This document shows, piece by piece, positions 54,407-64,000 of a DNA stretch of 64,000 bases. The position numbers and the translations under genes are program-made. A model generated the notes under the pieces. It saw nothing but the letters and a program-made list of their open reading frames with translations. It made no database searches and had not been told where the DNA came from. The DNA comes from an uncultured Myxococcota bacterium (GTDB lineage: Bacteria > Myxococcota_A > UBA796), in NCBI GenBank assembly GCA_965661985.1, contig CBFIFY010000002.1:78195-142194 (forward strand), written 5' to 3'. Each line of letters begins with the position of its first letter. Position 1 is the first letter of the stretch.

Positions 54407-56944
54407 TTACTGAAGTGGTTCCAAAGGTGGAGTCCATCCATCCCCTTCGACATCGACAAAGAATGCGCCCGACATTGCCCATGGTGAATTTGAGTAAATT
54501 GGGGTCATTGGAAAGGTACCAGACGCTGCAACCGCATAGTGTGCATCTCGACTTGGTTCTACCGCAAAAGACACACTGCCGCTTGTGTATTCCACGGTTT
54601 CGACCACAGTTCCATTTTCATAGAGTTCTAGACGATCCACATCCATCCAAGTTGGATGGAATACTTCGACTATAATTTCTTGAGATCCAACAAATGTTTG
54701 GCCAGCAGCCACTCGGTCATTATTCGTGACATGCACATAGGGCCCTACAGAAGCAACCACAGAACCAGATTTCATTGCATCCACCAAAGCGCTCTCTTCA
54801 GCAGAATCTGAGTACACATAGGTCCGATTAATTCCAACACCGCTGGCATGCGTATGTGAATCCGATACAGACATGGCAGAAACTTTGTGTCCACGCGATA
54901 GCAAATCAAAATAATACAATAGATAATCTTGATAGTAGCCATCGTTGATCACTTCCATGGCATCAAAATCATCCGCCCAAAAGTTTGGCTTGGAAATGGT
55001 GCCTTGCTCCAAATCGTAACCAGCCGAACCGATCAGACCACCAGAGCCTAGTGGATGATTGACTTGAACAATGCCATTGTTCACAATCGCCCTCATTTTG
55101 CTGAACAAGTCCTCGGTGGTACTCCATTCTGCCCACCAAGAGACCGCACCATTGTTGACAGCCCCATCGACAGGTGGAACGGGGTAGATATTGTGGTGTC
55201 CTCTCAACGGTGGACTGACTTCTGCACCCGACCAAGTAATCAAGTGTTCATTCAACCCCAAATCTTCAATAAGTTGTGCATAATCAGCCAAGTGGTCATG
55301 CTCGGTTGCAATGTGAATATCCACACCATGCGCAGCATGACTCATCAATCTTTGAACCGTCGAGACCCGGCCATCTCCCGATGGAGAGGAATGAGAGTGG
55401 GGATCAAAACTGTACACACCAGACGGCAATTCTACACACTCAATGCTGGCTTCTAGAGTTTCGACTTGCTCTGTACCGATTTCGAAAAGACTTTCAACAT
55501 ACTCACACTCTGGGCCACGATGCACAATGGCACGATAACTCCCTGGTTCCAAGGGCAGCTGCATCTCCCCATCTCGAACATAGCCAATGATTTGCTTACC
55601 ACTGGGTCTACGTGGTGCCCATGCTGTATTTGCATCTACATCATCGTCCACACGCTCTATCAACACAACCCCAGGACCGTCATCGCTCAACGAAACTGTC
55701 AACAAACCAGGAGCAATCAGTTCATTGGAATTCAGTTCCGCCACTCCATAGCCTTCGGCCAACTTTGCTGAGAGAATATCGCTGGGTTGAAGCAGTGAAA
55801 CCTGTAAAGAATCCTGTACACTTGAATCTCCATATAGACTATACCAACCAGCATCAACAGGTAGGTCAAAGACCAAACCTTGACCACGGCCTGTCACCTG
55901 AAAGTTCGCAGAAACATCAGCGGGAACAGTCGCCGACCACTCTCCGCTTTCATTTGCCACAGCAAGGGTCGCTGGGACTTGCTCTTCATCCAATATGTGA
56001 ATTCTGGCACCAGGAACAAACGCGTTTCCGGCTGTCACCGTCCCACTCAGTTCTTGTGTTGCGACACCACGTTTGGTGTACCATTCATCGGTCAATGTAG
56101 CGAAGTCATCGCCAACACCTACATAGTGACTGAAGGTATGCACTGTACCATTGTCAAAGTCGACCATTTCATCGAAACCACTCATCGCTGGAGTTGCATC
56201 GGCCAACAGTGGCTGAATGACACTGCTATCAAAGGTATCCACAGAAGGAAACAAAGCCAAAGCCACTTCATTTTCACGTCCCAGCGCTCCGTACCACTGG
56301 TTGTTGGCTTCTCCATGAAGTCCCCCACCGGGGTTCCACCATTCGATGACTTCTCGACCGATCAAAATGACGTTGGCTGGTTGAAAGGAATAGGGTTCAT
56401 CGAGCCAAGTAATGGTGGTCTCAATCTCCAATAGGCTGCTGTTTGGAGCAAGCCGATAATCAACCTGAAACTCCATATTTTTGTTGGGAACCAAGTTGTC
56501 ATTTTCCACTGCTCCGGCCAACAACTCAAATCCTGTTCCATGTCCAGTTACACGAACAGTTGCCAGGCCATCTGCCCCATCAGACAATACTTCGATGCTG
56601 TCAGGTTCTAAAATTCTGCCAAAGCCCGCCATTGGGGTGTGCTCATCAATAATATCACGACCTTGACTTCCATCATGTCGAACCACATCGGCATCCAACA
56701 AACCACCGCCCTGCTGAATATAATAGGCACTTGGGCGAATCGACTGAATGATGAACTGGGCTTTGTTGTTGTACAGTTTAAAGTCGCCAATCGCACCTTC
56801 AGCCGCGGTACCACCAAACAACGCTGAGGAGTCGAGTATTTCTCCTGCACGCACTTCATTCTCCGACAGCGGCTCAGACAACGACAATGCCTCTTCCATT
56901 GTCTTTTCCCCTTCACCACTACAAGACAGCAACAACCACAACAT
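54407..56944 (-). CDS. secreted lipoprotein with C-terminal PHP-type (CehA/McbA-like) metallohydrolase domain
   Basis: MLWLLLSC-S has a lipobox. A metal-binding His series is typical of PHP domains: FDPHSHSSPSGDG, IATEHDH, GAEVS, GHHNIY, VNHP, MEVING, VSDSHTH. The N-terminal ~500 aa is not assignable. Confidence 0.6.
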   Translation of the reverse strand: MLWLLLSCSGEGEKTMEEALSLSEPLSENEVRAGEILDSSALFGGTAAEGAIGDFKLYNNKAQFIIQSIRPSAYYIQQGGGLLDADVVRHDGSQGRDIIDEHTPMAGFGRILEPDSIEVLSDGADGLATVRVTGHGTGFELLAGAVENDNLVPNKNMEFQVDYRLAPNSSLLEIETTITWLDEPYSFQPANVILIGREVIEWWNPGGGLHGEANNQWYGALGRENEVALALFPSVDTFDSSVIQPLLADATPAMSGFDEMVDFDNGTVHTFSHYVGVGDDFATLTDEWYTKRGVATQELSGTVTAGNAFVPGARIHILDEEQVPATLAVANESGEWSATVPADVSANFQVTGRGQGLVFDLPVDAGWYSLYGDSSVQDSLQVSLLQPSDILSAKLAEGYGVAELNSNELIAPGLLTVSLSDDGPGVVLIERVDDDVDANTAWAPRRPSGKQIIGYVRDGEMQLPLEPGSYRAIVHRGPECEYVESLFEIGTEQVETLEASIECVELPSGVYSFDPHSHSSPSGDGRVSTVQRLMSHAAHGVDIHIATEHDHLADYAQLIEDLGLNEHLITWSGAEVSPPLRGHHNIYPVPPVDGAVNNGAVSWWAEWSTTEDLFSKMRAIVNNGIVQVNHPLGSGGLIGSAGYDLEQGTISKPNFWADDFDAMEVINDGYYQDYLLYYFDLLSRGHKVSAMSVSDSHTHASGVGINRTYVYSDSAEESALVDAMKSGSVVASVGPYVHVTNNDRVAAGQTFVGSQEIIVEVFHPTWMDVDRLELYENGTVVETVEYTSGSVSFAVEPSRDAHYAVAASGTFPMTPIYSNSPWAMSGAFFVDVEGDGWTPPLEPLQ

Positions 56945-57051
56945 ACATACCTCTCAGAATAGACTTTTCATTAGAACAATGTCCATTCTCTAGTGTAACC
57001 AATGCGTATGGATGGGTACAAGTATAGAGTTATTTATGTGATTGTCTGTTC

Positions 57052-57327
57052 TTAACCGCTCTTACGAGTGCGCTGTGGGGTGTCTTTGACGGGTATGGAG
57101 CCAACAAGTCGTATTTGTCTATCCAAGCGGTCCAACGCCACATGGGTATCTTCAGTTTCAATACTTAGATACCGCTCAATCACCTCAACAATTTCTTGTT
57201 TCATTTGGGTCATCTGAGTTGGTGTCAAATCAACCTGATCGTGAATCAGCAACAGTTGCAAACGCTTTTTCGCAACGTCTTTGCTGGACTGCGAACGGAC
57301 AAACAATGATTTCAAAAACGTCATCAT
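57052..57327 (-). CDS. minE: cell division topological specificity factor MinE
   Basis: MMTFLKSLFVRSQSSKDVAKKRLQLLLIHDQ is the canonical MinE N-terminus; 91 aa; 1 nt downstream of minD. Confidence 0.85.
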   Translation of the reverse strand: MMTFLKSLFVRSQSSKDVAKKRLQLLLIHDQVDLTPTQMTQMKQEIVEVIERYLSIETEDTHVALDRLDRQIRLVGSIPVKDTPQRTRKSG

Positions 57328-57328
57328 T

Positions 57329-58144
57329 TTACGCTCCCATCTGATCTTTGGCCCACTGCTTTACTTTTCCCCACACACTTTCGTCGAGTGCCACATTCAA
57401 ATCGATAAATGGGACGTCTTGACCGCGCAGTCTCTTTGTAGAGCGAAGAAAGATTTCACAAAGCAAATGTTCTGTTCGGCAAACGAAGGGCACACCATTG
57501 TTGGATGCTTTCAAAACCTCAACACTTTCCGGAATTACAGCCAAGATGGGTGTATCCAAAATTTGCCAGACATCTTGAGAATCCAACATACACCCTTGTC
57601 GAACAAGTTCTGGTTGATAGCGATTGACCACCAACTGGATATCTGCCATCTTTCGCTTTTGTAAGATGTCAATTACCCGATCGGCATCTCGAACAGAAGA
57701 CACGTCTGGTGTAACCACCACGATCGCTCGATTGGCGGCCGCAACCGCATTCTCAAAACCTCGTTCGATACCTGCTGGACAATCAACGATGACATAATCA
57801 AAGTGCAGTGTTGAAAACAATTCATCAACCACATCGATGACATCATCTGGCACCAGCGCCATTTTGTCCGCGGTTTGTGAAGTAGGGACAAAAAATAAAT
57901 TTTCGATATTGGGAACAGACAGTACAACATCTTCTAAGGAACAAAGATTCTGCACATACTGAACGACATCCCATTTTATGGAACGCTCCATACCGAGCAG
58001 CAAGTCTAGATTACGCAAACCAATATCCGCATCGAGCAACACAACTTTTTTGCCGGATTGAGCCAAACTTGTGGCCAGATTGGTTGAGACAGTGCTTTTG
58101 CCAACACCACCCTTGCCCGATGTGACAACAATACATTCTTGCAT
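57329..58144 (-). CDS. minD: septum site-determining ATPase MinD
   Basis: Deviant Walker A VVTSGKGGVGKST, LLDADIGLRNLDL and VIVDCPAGIE; 271 aa. Confidence 0.95.
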   Translation of the reverse strand: MQECIVVTSGKGGVGKSTVSTNLATSLAQSGKKVVLLDADIGLRNLDLLLGMERSIKWDVVQYVQNLCSLEDVVLSVPNIENLFFVPTSQTADKMALVPDDVIDVVDELFSTLHFDYVIVDCPAGIERGFENAVAAANRAIVVVTPDVSSVRDADRVIDILQKRKMADIQLVVNRYQPELVRQGCMLDSQDVWQILDTPILAVIPESVEVLKASNNGVPFVCRTEHLLCEIFLRSTKRLRGQDVPFIDLNVALDESVWGKVKQWAKDQMGA

Positions 58145-58271
58145 GACTCACCTTGAAAAAGAGGGAGCACCGCAAACACAACCACGGAGGGAAATAAGGG
58201 GAAAATGAAGGGGGATTGTGGTGTGAACTGCGATGCTTTTACTTGAGGGAAATCAGAAACCTGATGAATAA

Positions 58272-58300
58272 AGTATAGGATCAAAAACTTTACACGTCAA
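58272..58300 (-). promoter_or_regulatory. candidate sigma70-type promoter for minDE
   Basis: On the minus strand: TTGACG, a 17-nt spacer, then TATACT. It lies about 125 nt upstream of the minD ATG, which has an AAGGTGAG RBS. Confidence 0.45.
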
Positions 58301-58394
58301 GTGATTTACAAAAAATAATTTGACAATAGATTATCGGTTTTTTGCATTGATCGGCAATTAGGGGATCATAGATCACAAATATTTTTTGCAAGAG

Positions 58395-58676
58395 TTATTG
58401 AGACTTTCGCATTAGCAATTGATCAATGGTGCCAGCCGCATCTTTCGCTCGCAAATCGTCATAGCCGCCCACATGATTTCCAAAAATGTAAATTTGGGGA
58501 ACTGTACGCTGACCACTCATTTGCATCAGTTCTCTGAGTTTGTCATACTGGCCAGTCAAATCAATGACTTCCAAGTCAGTAACTTGCTTTACGGTTTCCA
58601 AATAACGGATTGCGGCGTTGCAAAAGCCACAAGGCTTTTTGGTGTACACTACGACTTTGTTGGAACTCGGTTGCAT
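58395..58676 (-). CDS. glutaredoxin (Grx3-like)
   Basis: VVVYTKKPCGFCNAA (CxxC), TVPQIYIFGNHVGGYDDL; 93 aa. Confidence 0.85.
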   Translation of the reverse strand: MQPSSNKVVVYTKKPCGFCNAAIRYLETVKQVTDLEVIDLTGQYDKLRELMQMSGQRTVPQIYIFGNHVGGYDDLRAKDAAGTIDQLLMRKSQ

Positions 58677-58778
58677 AAAATCTCCTTAAAAAAATACTAC
58701 TTTGTATCTAACCACACAAAGGTGGAAATCAAGACTCAAAGGAAGCCCAGTCAGTTACATTAAAAGTATGGAGGTTAC

Positions 58779-60311
58779 ATGTTGATTCTGTTCTGGCTTG
58801 GATGTCGAAGCCCCACCCCTTCACCATTGCTAAGCACAGACTTTGATGACACCGCTGATGTAGAATCGGAAGACACTGTTCCACCTTATGAACTTACAAT
58901 TGTTGGTCAAACGCACTATTGGATTGGAGACACCGTCTCGTTGAGCGTAGATGTATCAGAATCAAATGAAACCTTAGATATGGAATTGACCGAGAATATC
59001 CAGTGGTTCTGTGACGATCAAGAGGCTGTAGAAGGTACGACCATTTCATTTGTCACCAACGCAACAGGCATTCAACAGTGTACTGTAAGTGTGGAAAACC
59101 CCTACTCTACAACGCCTCTCACACAGAAGGTCACAATCACAACCCATACGGCACCTGAACTCGCTGATTGGACAGTTTTGGTGTATATGGGCGCCGACAA
59201 CAATCTAGAAGAAGCCGCCCTCTTGGACATCAATGAGATGGAAGTCGCTGGTTCAAACGAACATGTAAACATTGTTGTAGAGATAGACCGTTCTGCGAAC
59301 TTTTACAGAGGTCACGGTGACTGGAGCGGCAGCAAGCGATTTTACATTGTCGAGGATGCGACGCACAATGAATACCCCGAAATGGAACTGTCAGACAGTG
59401 ATATTGTGTCTGTGGAACTTCAAAATTTGGGCGTTCAAGACTCTGGCTCACCCGAAACCATCATCAATTTCCTTGAATGGGGCACGGAGCTCTTTCCTGC
59501 ACAAAAAACTGCGATTGTCTTTTGGAATCACGGCTGGTCTTGGTCAATACAGCCTGCACAAAACAAGGGCATCCTGTCTGATGACAGCACAAACAACGAC
59601 ATCTCTGTGGCTGAGGGAGAACTGGAGTACATCTTATCAACCATGGCAGAAAGAGGATTGAAGATTGACTTATTGGGCATGGATGCTTGTACGATGCAGT
59701 CGTGGGAACTCGCAACAGTAGTAGCGCCCTATGCGAACACGTTGGTCGCCTCTCAAGATTATGTCAATATTGATGGCTGGCCCTATAACCACATATTTCA
59801 ATCTTTACTGAACAACCCATCAATGAATGACAGCAGCTTGGGCAATCTGATTGCTGAAGAATTCTACAGAAGTGGCGATAGAAGCATCAGCACCATCGAT
59901 CTCCACCAAATACCCATGTTCAACCAACATTTCGATACTGTTTCTGCGTCTCTCTTGGACCTGCCAATCGGAATCGTCACCAGTGCTTCGAGCACAACTT
60001 ATTCTCCTGATGGAGTGGACTACGGCAACGACCATGATTTCTATTCCTTGTTTGTGAATATCCAACAGGCTTTGCAAAGTGAAGAGGAATCCACCTTACT
60101 GCAGAATCAAATTGATGATCTTTTGATGGCACACGATTTACTCGTCACCAAAAATCTTGTCGTGGACTCTCTAGACACCACTGGAATGTCCATATACGCA
60201 CCCCCAAATTCTGGTTGGCCTGTTGAAAGCACTTACCATGCTTCAACATGGGCGCAAAACCATTTGTGGGACGATGTATTGAGGAGAGAACAAGGTTGGA
60301 TTGTTGAGTGA
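58779..60311 (+). CDS. clostripain-family (peptidase C11) cysteine protease lipoprotein
   Basis: MLILFWLGC-R has a lipobox. WTVLVYMGADNNLE, AIVFWNHGWSW (catalytic His-Gly) and LLGMDACTMQSWE (catalytic Cys) follow. GGAGG RBS at 58769. Confidence 0.8.
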   Translation: MLILFWLGCRSPTPSPLLSTDFDDTADVESEDTVPPYELTIVGQTHYWIGDTVSLSVDVSESNETLDMELTENIQWFCDDQEAVEGTTISFVTNATGIQQCTVSVENPYSTTPLTQKVTITTHTAPELADWTVLVYMGADNNLEEAALLDINEMEVAGSNEHVNIVVEIDRSANFYRGHGDWSGSKRFYIVEDATHNEYPEMELSDSDIVSVELQNLGVQDSGSPETIINFLEWGTELFPAQKTAIVFWNHGWSWSIQPAQNKGILSDDSTNNDISVAEGELEYILSTMAERGLKIDLLGMDACTMQSWELATVVAPYANTLVASQDYVNIDGWPYNHIFQSLLNNPSMNDSSLGNLIAEEFYRSGDRSISTIDLHQIPMFNQHFDTVSASLLDLPIGIVTSASSTTYSPDGVDYGNDHDFYSLFVNIQQALQSEEESTLLQNQIDDLLMAHDLLVTKNLVVDSLDTTGMSIYAPPNSGWPVESTYHASTWAQNHLWDDVLRREQGWIVE

Positions 60312-60312
60312 T

Positions 60313-61161
60313 TCAATAGAGTTTCTCAACAGTCCCAGATTCAGAGTGCGCTTTGCGCATACCAAAGGAATGTTTCTCCGTTGGAAACTGTTGTGTCTGA
60401 ACCTCTTCTACATATCGGGAGATGGCTGACACCATTTCTGTTTCCAATTCGGCATAGCGTTTCAAAAATTTTGGTGCAAAATCAAGATTCATTCCCAGCA
60501 AATCGTTGCAGACCAAGACTTGCCCATCACAGTCCACACCAGCCCCAATTCCAATTGTCGGAATATCCAACAGTGCAGTCACTTCTTTGGCCAAAGGGGC
60601 TGGAACCATCTCAAGTACCAACAGACTTGCCCCAGCATTTTGAACAGCCAACGCATCGGATTTCAATTTGGCCCCGGCCTTAGAACCTTTTCCTTGCACT
60701 TTGAACCCGCCAAGTGCGTGAATCGCTTGGGGGGTCAAACCCAAGTGCGCCACCACTGGAATACCCGCTTGTACAATCGCTTTAATTTGGGGCACAACTT
60801 CACTACCGCCTTCTAGTTTGACCGATTGCGCCTGCCCTTCTTTGATCAGCCTTCCAGCATTGCGAACCGCTGTTTCGACATTGACTTGATAGGACATAAA
60901 AGGCATATCCACCACCAAATGGGCATGGGTCAATCCCCGCTGTACACATTTTGAATGATAAATCATATCATCCATCGTGACCGATAGAGTATCAGAATGT
61001 CCTTGAATGACCATTCCTAGAGAGTCCCCTACGAGGACAACATCTACTCCAGCTGCATCTACAATTTTTGCCATAGAATAATCATAGGCAGTGATCATGG
61101 AAATTTTCTGGCTTTTGGTCTTCATTCGCTGAAGATCCAGTACCGTTCTTTGTTTTGTCAT
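60313..61161 (-). CDS. panB: 3-methyl-2-oxobutanoate hydroxymethyltransferase
   Basis: ISMITAYDYSMAKIVDAAGVDVVLVGDSLGMV, VVDMPFMSY, VKLEGG, HLGLTPQ and IGIGAG. Confidence 0.9.
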   Translation of the reverse strand: MTKQRTVLDLQRMKTKSQKISMITAYDYSMAKIVDAAGVDVVLVGDSLGMVIQGHSDTLSVTMDDMIYHSKCVQRGLTHAHLVVDMPFMSYQVNVETAVRNAGRLIKEGQAQSVKLEGGSEVVPQIKAIVQAGIPVVAHLGLTPQAIHALGGFKVQGKGSKAGAKLKSDALAVQNAGASLLVLEMVPAPLAKEVTALLDIPTIGIGAGVDCDGQVLVCNDLLGMNLDFAPKFLKRYAELETEMVSAISRYVEEVQTQQFPTEKHSFGMRKAHSESGTVEKLY

Positions 61162-61378
61162 GATTGTCTCAAAATAAAAGTTATGTAAAGTTTTGAGTCC
61201 TACCGTCAAATGTACAGTGGACATTCTCTTTTATCAGCACAAAGCATTCTAGTCGAGCCGAGTTGAGCAAGCCCTTCGGAAAGTGAATAAAGAATCTAGG
61301 CTTTCGAACATAGAACTGGCATAAAGGCATTGAATTTTAGAATGGTGTCGGATAACAGTCAGCACGTTGGAGGTGTCT

Positions 61379-62209
61379 ATGCGGATCATTGAATCCCCCA
61401 CTGAAATGCAGCAGTTCTCGTTGGAGCAACGTCGTTTGGGCAAAACAATTGGGTTTGTCCCCACAATGGGTGCTTTACACAACGGGCATGCCTCTCTGAT
61501 GGACATCGCACGTCAACAGTGTGACATTCTCATCGTCTCAATCTTTGTCAATCCCCTTCAATTTGCAGCCCATGAAGACCTCGACACCTACCCAAACACC
61601 CCGGAAGTTGATCATCGCTTGTGTAGAGAGCATGGGGTAGACATCGTATTTCGCCCCACCTCAATGTATCCCAAGAATCACAGCACCACCGTCAGCGTCA
61701 AAGGATTAACAACGGGATTGTGCGGAGCATCCAGACCCACGCACTTTGATGGAGTCACCACAGTGGTCTCTAGACTGTTTGGACTCACCCAACCCAATAT
61801 CGCTGTATTTGGTCAAAAGGACTTTCAACAGTTGGCTGTCATCCGTCGCATGGTTGCCGACCTCGCGATTCCGGTTCAAGTTATTGGTGCACCCATCGTC
61901 CGTGAGTCGGATGGGCTTGCTCTCTCCTCCCGAAACGCCTACCTATCGGCTTCAGAGCGAACACGTGCATTGTCTTTGTCAAAATCGTTGACTCTGGTAC
62001 AAACAAGCATTCAATCTGGAACGTTGTGCACACAAACATTATCGAACCTTGTTGAATCCGCTCTGACGGTGGATAAAGTTGACTATATTGCTTTCGTGGA
62101 CGCCGACACTTTAGAGCCTCTGCAAACAGTGACACCGAACACTCAGTTGTGTCTGGCTGCGTACTTGGGCAACACACGGTTAATTGACAATTGTACACTG
62201 CACCTATAA
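61379..62209 (+). CDS. panC: pantoate--beta-alanine ligase
   Basis: GFVPTMGALHNGHASLM, VSIFVNPLQF, FGQKDFQQLAVIRRMV and GLALSSRN. GGAGGTG RBS; divergent from panB. Confidence 0.9.
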   Translation: MRIIESPTEMQQFSLEQRRLGKTIGFVPTMGALHNGHASLMDIARQQCDILIVSIFVNPLQFAAHEDLDTYPNTPEVDHRLCREHGVDIVFRPTSMYPKNHSTTVSVKGLTTGLCGASRPTHFDGVTTVVSRLFGLTQPNIAVFGQKDFQQLAVIRRMVADLAIPVQVIGAPIVRESDGLALSSRNAYLSASERTRALSLSKSLTLVQTSIQSGTLCTQTLSNLVESALTVDKVDYIAFVDADTLEPLQTVTPNTQLCLAAYLGNTRLIDNCTLHL

Positions 62210-62225
62210 CATCTGGACTTATCGA

Positions 62226-62528
62226 ATGAACGCTAGCAATACTGACCTCATATTCATGATTCTCATCGCCCTATTGGCGATGAACCAGTTTGTGATTCGC
62301 ACCAAACAATGGGAAAGCAACATTGGCATTTTCTGGTTTTTACAACTATCCAGCGTCTTGTTTGGTTCATGGGTGCTGATTTGGGGCATCCCGGGCTTTG
62401 AAGGTCAGTTGAATGTCATCAATTGGCTGGTGGGTCTACTCTTCTATTATCATGCGGCTCGCAATTATTTGCGCTTCCAACGGTTTCTTGAGGATCGAAA
62501 GTATCAACAACGCACCTCAAAGGACTGA
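62226..62528 (+). CDS. hypothetical small membrane protein (3 predicted TM helices)
   Basis: MNASNTDLIFMILIALLAMNQF..., IGIFWFLQLSSVLFGSWVLIW and VINWLVGLLFYYH are hydrophobic segments. No known motif. Confidence 0.4.
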   Translation: MNASNTDLIFMILIALLAMNQFVIRTKQWESNIGIFWFLQLSSVLFGSWVLIWGIPGFEGQLNVINWLVGLLFYYHAARNYLRFQRFLEDRKYQQRTSKD

Positions 62529-62647
62529 ATAAACCATTCTATTCTCCAAGTTGTCCAAGGATGAATACTCGGATACATGGGACTCAACATTGCTCTGCTC
62601 GGGTGATGTTTGAACACTTTTGAACGCCTTCATCTTAGGAGAAAACC

Positions 62648-63865
62648 ATGTCCGACATCGTATTTTTGTCTGGAAAACGAACCCCTTTTGGAACTTTTTT
62701 GGGTTCTCTATCTTCCGTATCTGCACTTGACTTAGGTGTTGTAGCCAGTAATGCAGCAATTGAACAAGCCGGTATTGAAGCCACCGATATTGACCACGTC
62801 ATCTTTGGAAACGTGTTGCAAACCAGTGGAGACGCCATTTACGGTGCGCGCCACATCGGATTAAAAGCGGGAACAACAATCGAAACACCCGCATTGACTG
62901 TCAATCGCCTATGTGGCTCTGGTTTTGAATCTTTGATCCAAGCGGCACAACGCCTCAAACTTGGGGAAGCGTCTATGGTTCTTGCTGGTGGTACAGAGAA
63001 CATGTCTCAAGCACCCCACGTGGTTCGTGGTTCTAGAAATGGTTTCAAACTCGGTCATGCACAATTTACCGATGCTCTACGTGAATGTTTGTATGATCCA
63101 TACGCCGGATGTGAAATGGCCATCACTGCTGAAAACCTTGGGGAAAAATATGGCATTACACGTGAAGATGCAGATACCTACGGTCTTCGTTCTCAGTTGG
63201 CGTGGAAAAATGCTTTTGACAACGGCTATTACAGCAATGAAATTACACCTGTGACCATCAAAGGACGTCGTGGTGACACCGTTGTTGAGATTGACGAACA
63301 CCCACAGTTGTCTCCCATTGGAAACCCCAAAAACAGAGCCAGATTCGAAAGTGACGCTGCTGGTTCTATGGCAAAACTTCGTCCCGTCTTCAAAAAAGAT
63401 GGCACAGTTACAGCCGCAAATGCATCCGGTATCAACGACGGTGCTGGGGCCATGGTGATGACCACTGCCGACATCGCTTCCGCTCGTGGACTGAACCCAA
63501 TCGGTCGAGTGGTTGGATATGGTGTCGCTGGTGTAGAGCCAACCCTCATGGGGATTGGTCCTGTTGAAGCCATCCGCAATGCCCTCAAGCATGCCAACAT
63601 GTCATTGGGTCAAATGGACTTGGTAGAGATCAATGAGGCGTTCTCAACACAGTACATTGCGTGTGAAAGAGAGTTGGGTCTAGATCGTGACATCGCAAAC
63701 GTCAACTCTGGCGGTGTTGCGATTGGACATCCACTGGCTGCTTCTGGTACGCGTATCACAACACACTTGCTGTATGAACTGAAGCGTCGTGGCAAGAAAT
63801 ACGGTGTGGGTTCTGCTTGTATTGGTGGTGGACAAGGCATCGCCATTGTGGTTGAGGCTTTCTGA
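62648..63865 (+). CDS. acetyl-CoA C-acetyltransferase (thiolase II)
   Basis: Active-site NRLCGSGFES, NASGINDGAGAMVM, NEAFSTQ, GGVAIGHPLAASG and CIGGGQGIA. Confidence 0.95.
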   Translation: MSDIVFLSGKRTPFGTFLGSLSSVSALDLGVVASNAAIEQAGIEATDIDHVIFGNVLQTSGDAIYGARHIGLKAGTTIETPALTVNRLCGSGFESLIQAAQRLKLGEASMVLAGGTENMSQAPHVVRGSRNGFKLGHAQFTDALRECLYDPYAGCEMAITAENLGEKYGITREDADTYGLRSQLAWKNAFDNGYYSNEITPVTIKGRRGDTVVEIDEHPQLSPIGNPKNRARFESDAAGSMAKLRPVFKKDGTVTAANASGINDGAGAMVMTTADIASARGLNPIGRVVGYGVAGVEPTLMGIGPVEAIRNALKHANMSLGQMDLVEINEAFSTQYIACERELGLDRDIANVNSGGVAIGHPLAASGTRITTHLLYELKRRGKKYGVGSACIGGGQGIAIVVEAF

Positions 63866-63916
63866 TATTTGAACCATCCGGTTTGAACCAAAAAAATCAA
63901 ACAATGCAAAAGTAAA

Positions 63917-63941
63917 GGGTCGACTTGTGTCGACCCTTTTT
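63917..63941 (+). terminator. rho-independent terminator after the thiolase gene
   Basis: GGGTCGAC-ttgt-GTCGACCC followed by TTTTTGTTTG. Confidence 0.8.
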
Positions 63942-64000
63942 GTTTGATCTTTTAAAAAAGACTTTCTCGTTAAACGCTATAGAATCAATGAGTCGTTGGG

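Overview
Gene-dense chromosomal window with about 50 CDS. I found no rRNA, tRNA, CRISPR array, transposase, integrase or prophage genes.

**Likely source (inference).** A Gram-negative bacterium, best fitting a Myxococcota/Bdellovibrionota-type (former delta-proteobacterial) lineage. The evidence is Cys/TM/Arg C-terminal tails resembling MYXO-CTERM, MopE-like Cys-rich motifs, thrombospondin-type-3 (TSP3) calcium repeats and many lipobox lipoproteins.

**Layout**
- 1-10.5 kb: maeB, a BatA/vWA membrane pair and an aldo/keto reductase.
- 10.7-17.2 kb: a secretome island with two very large lipoproteins flanking a CCR4/nocturnin-like EEP nuclease/phosphatase.
- 17.2-22.1 kb: a methyltransferase, korAB and a HAD hydrolase.
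- 22.2-26.7 kb: an overlapping NamZ / 2-hydroxyacid dehydrogenase / OprB-porin operon, with a divergent DUF362 gene.
- 26.8-34.1 kb: an OmpA-family gene, a 1,566-aa TSP3-repeat giant protein and a divergent TetR gene.
- 34.1-34.7 kb: a structured tandem repeat.
- 34.7-49.8 kb: one long minus-strand housekeeping block (queA, tgt, yajC, secD, secF, IHF/HU, rlmB, rseP, tsaB, asd-like, two envelope genes, truA, rplM, rpsI).
- 49.9-64 kb: tpm, rlmN, mtnP, a PilW-like TPR gene, rodZ-like, a PHP-domain lipoprotein, minDE, grx, a C11 peptidase, panB/panC and a thiolase.

**Most interesting observations.** No classical defence or mobile system is visible. The points most worth a second look are:
- the TetR-flanked giant TSP3 protein plus OmpA module;
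- the shared Cys-containing C-terminal sorting tails;
- the roughly 95-nt structured tandem repeat at the rpsI 3' end;
- large in-frame insertions in core proteins (S9, SecD and others);
- an Asd paralog that appears to lack its catalytic Cys.

**Limits.** All calls come from reading the translations and DNA by eye, with no database search. Start codons are best guesses.
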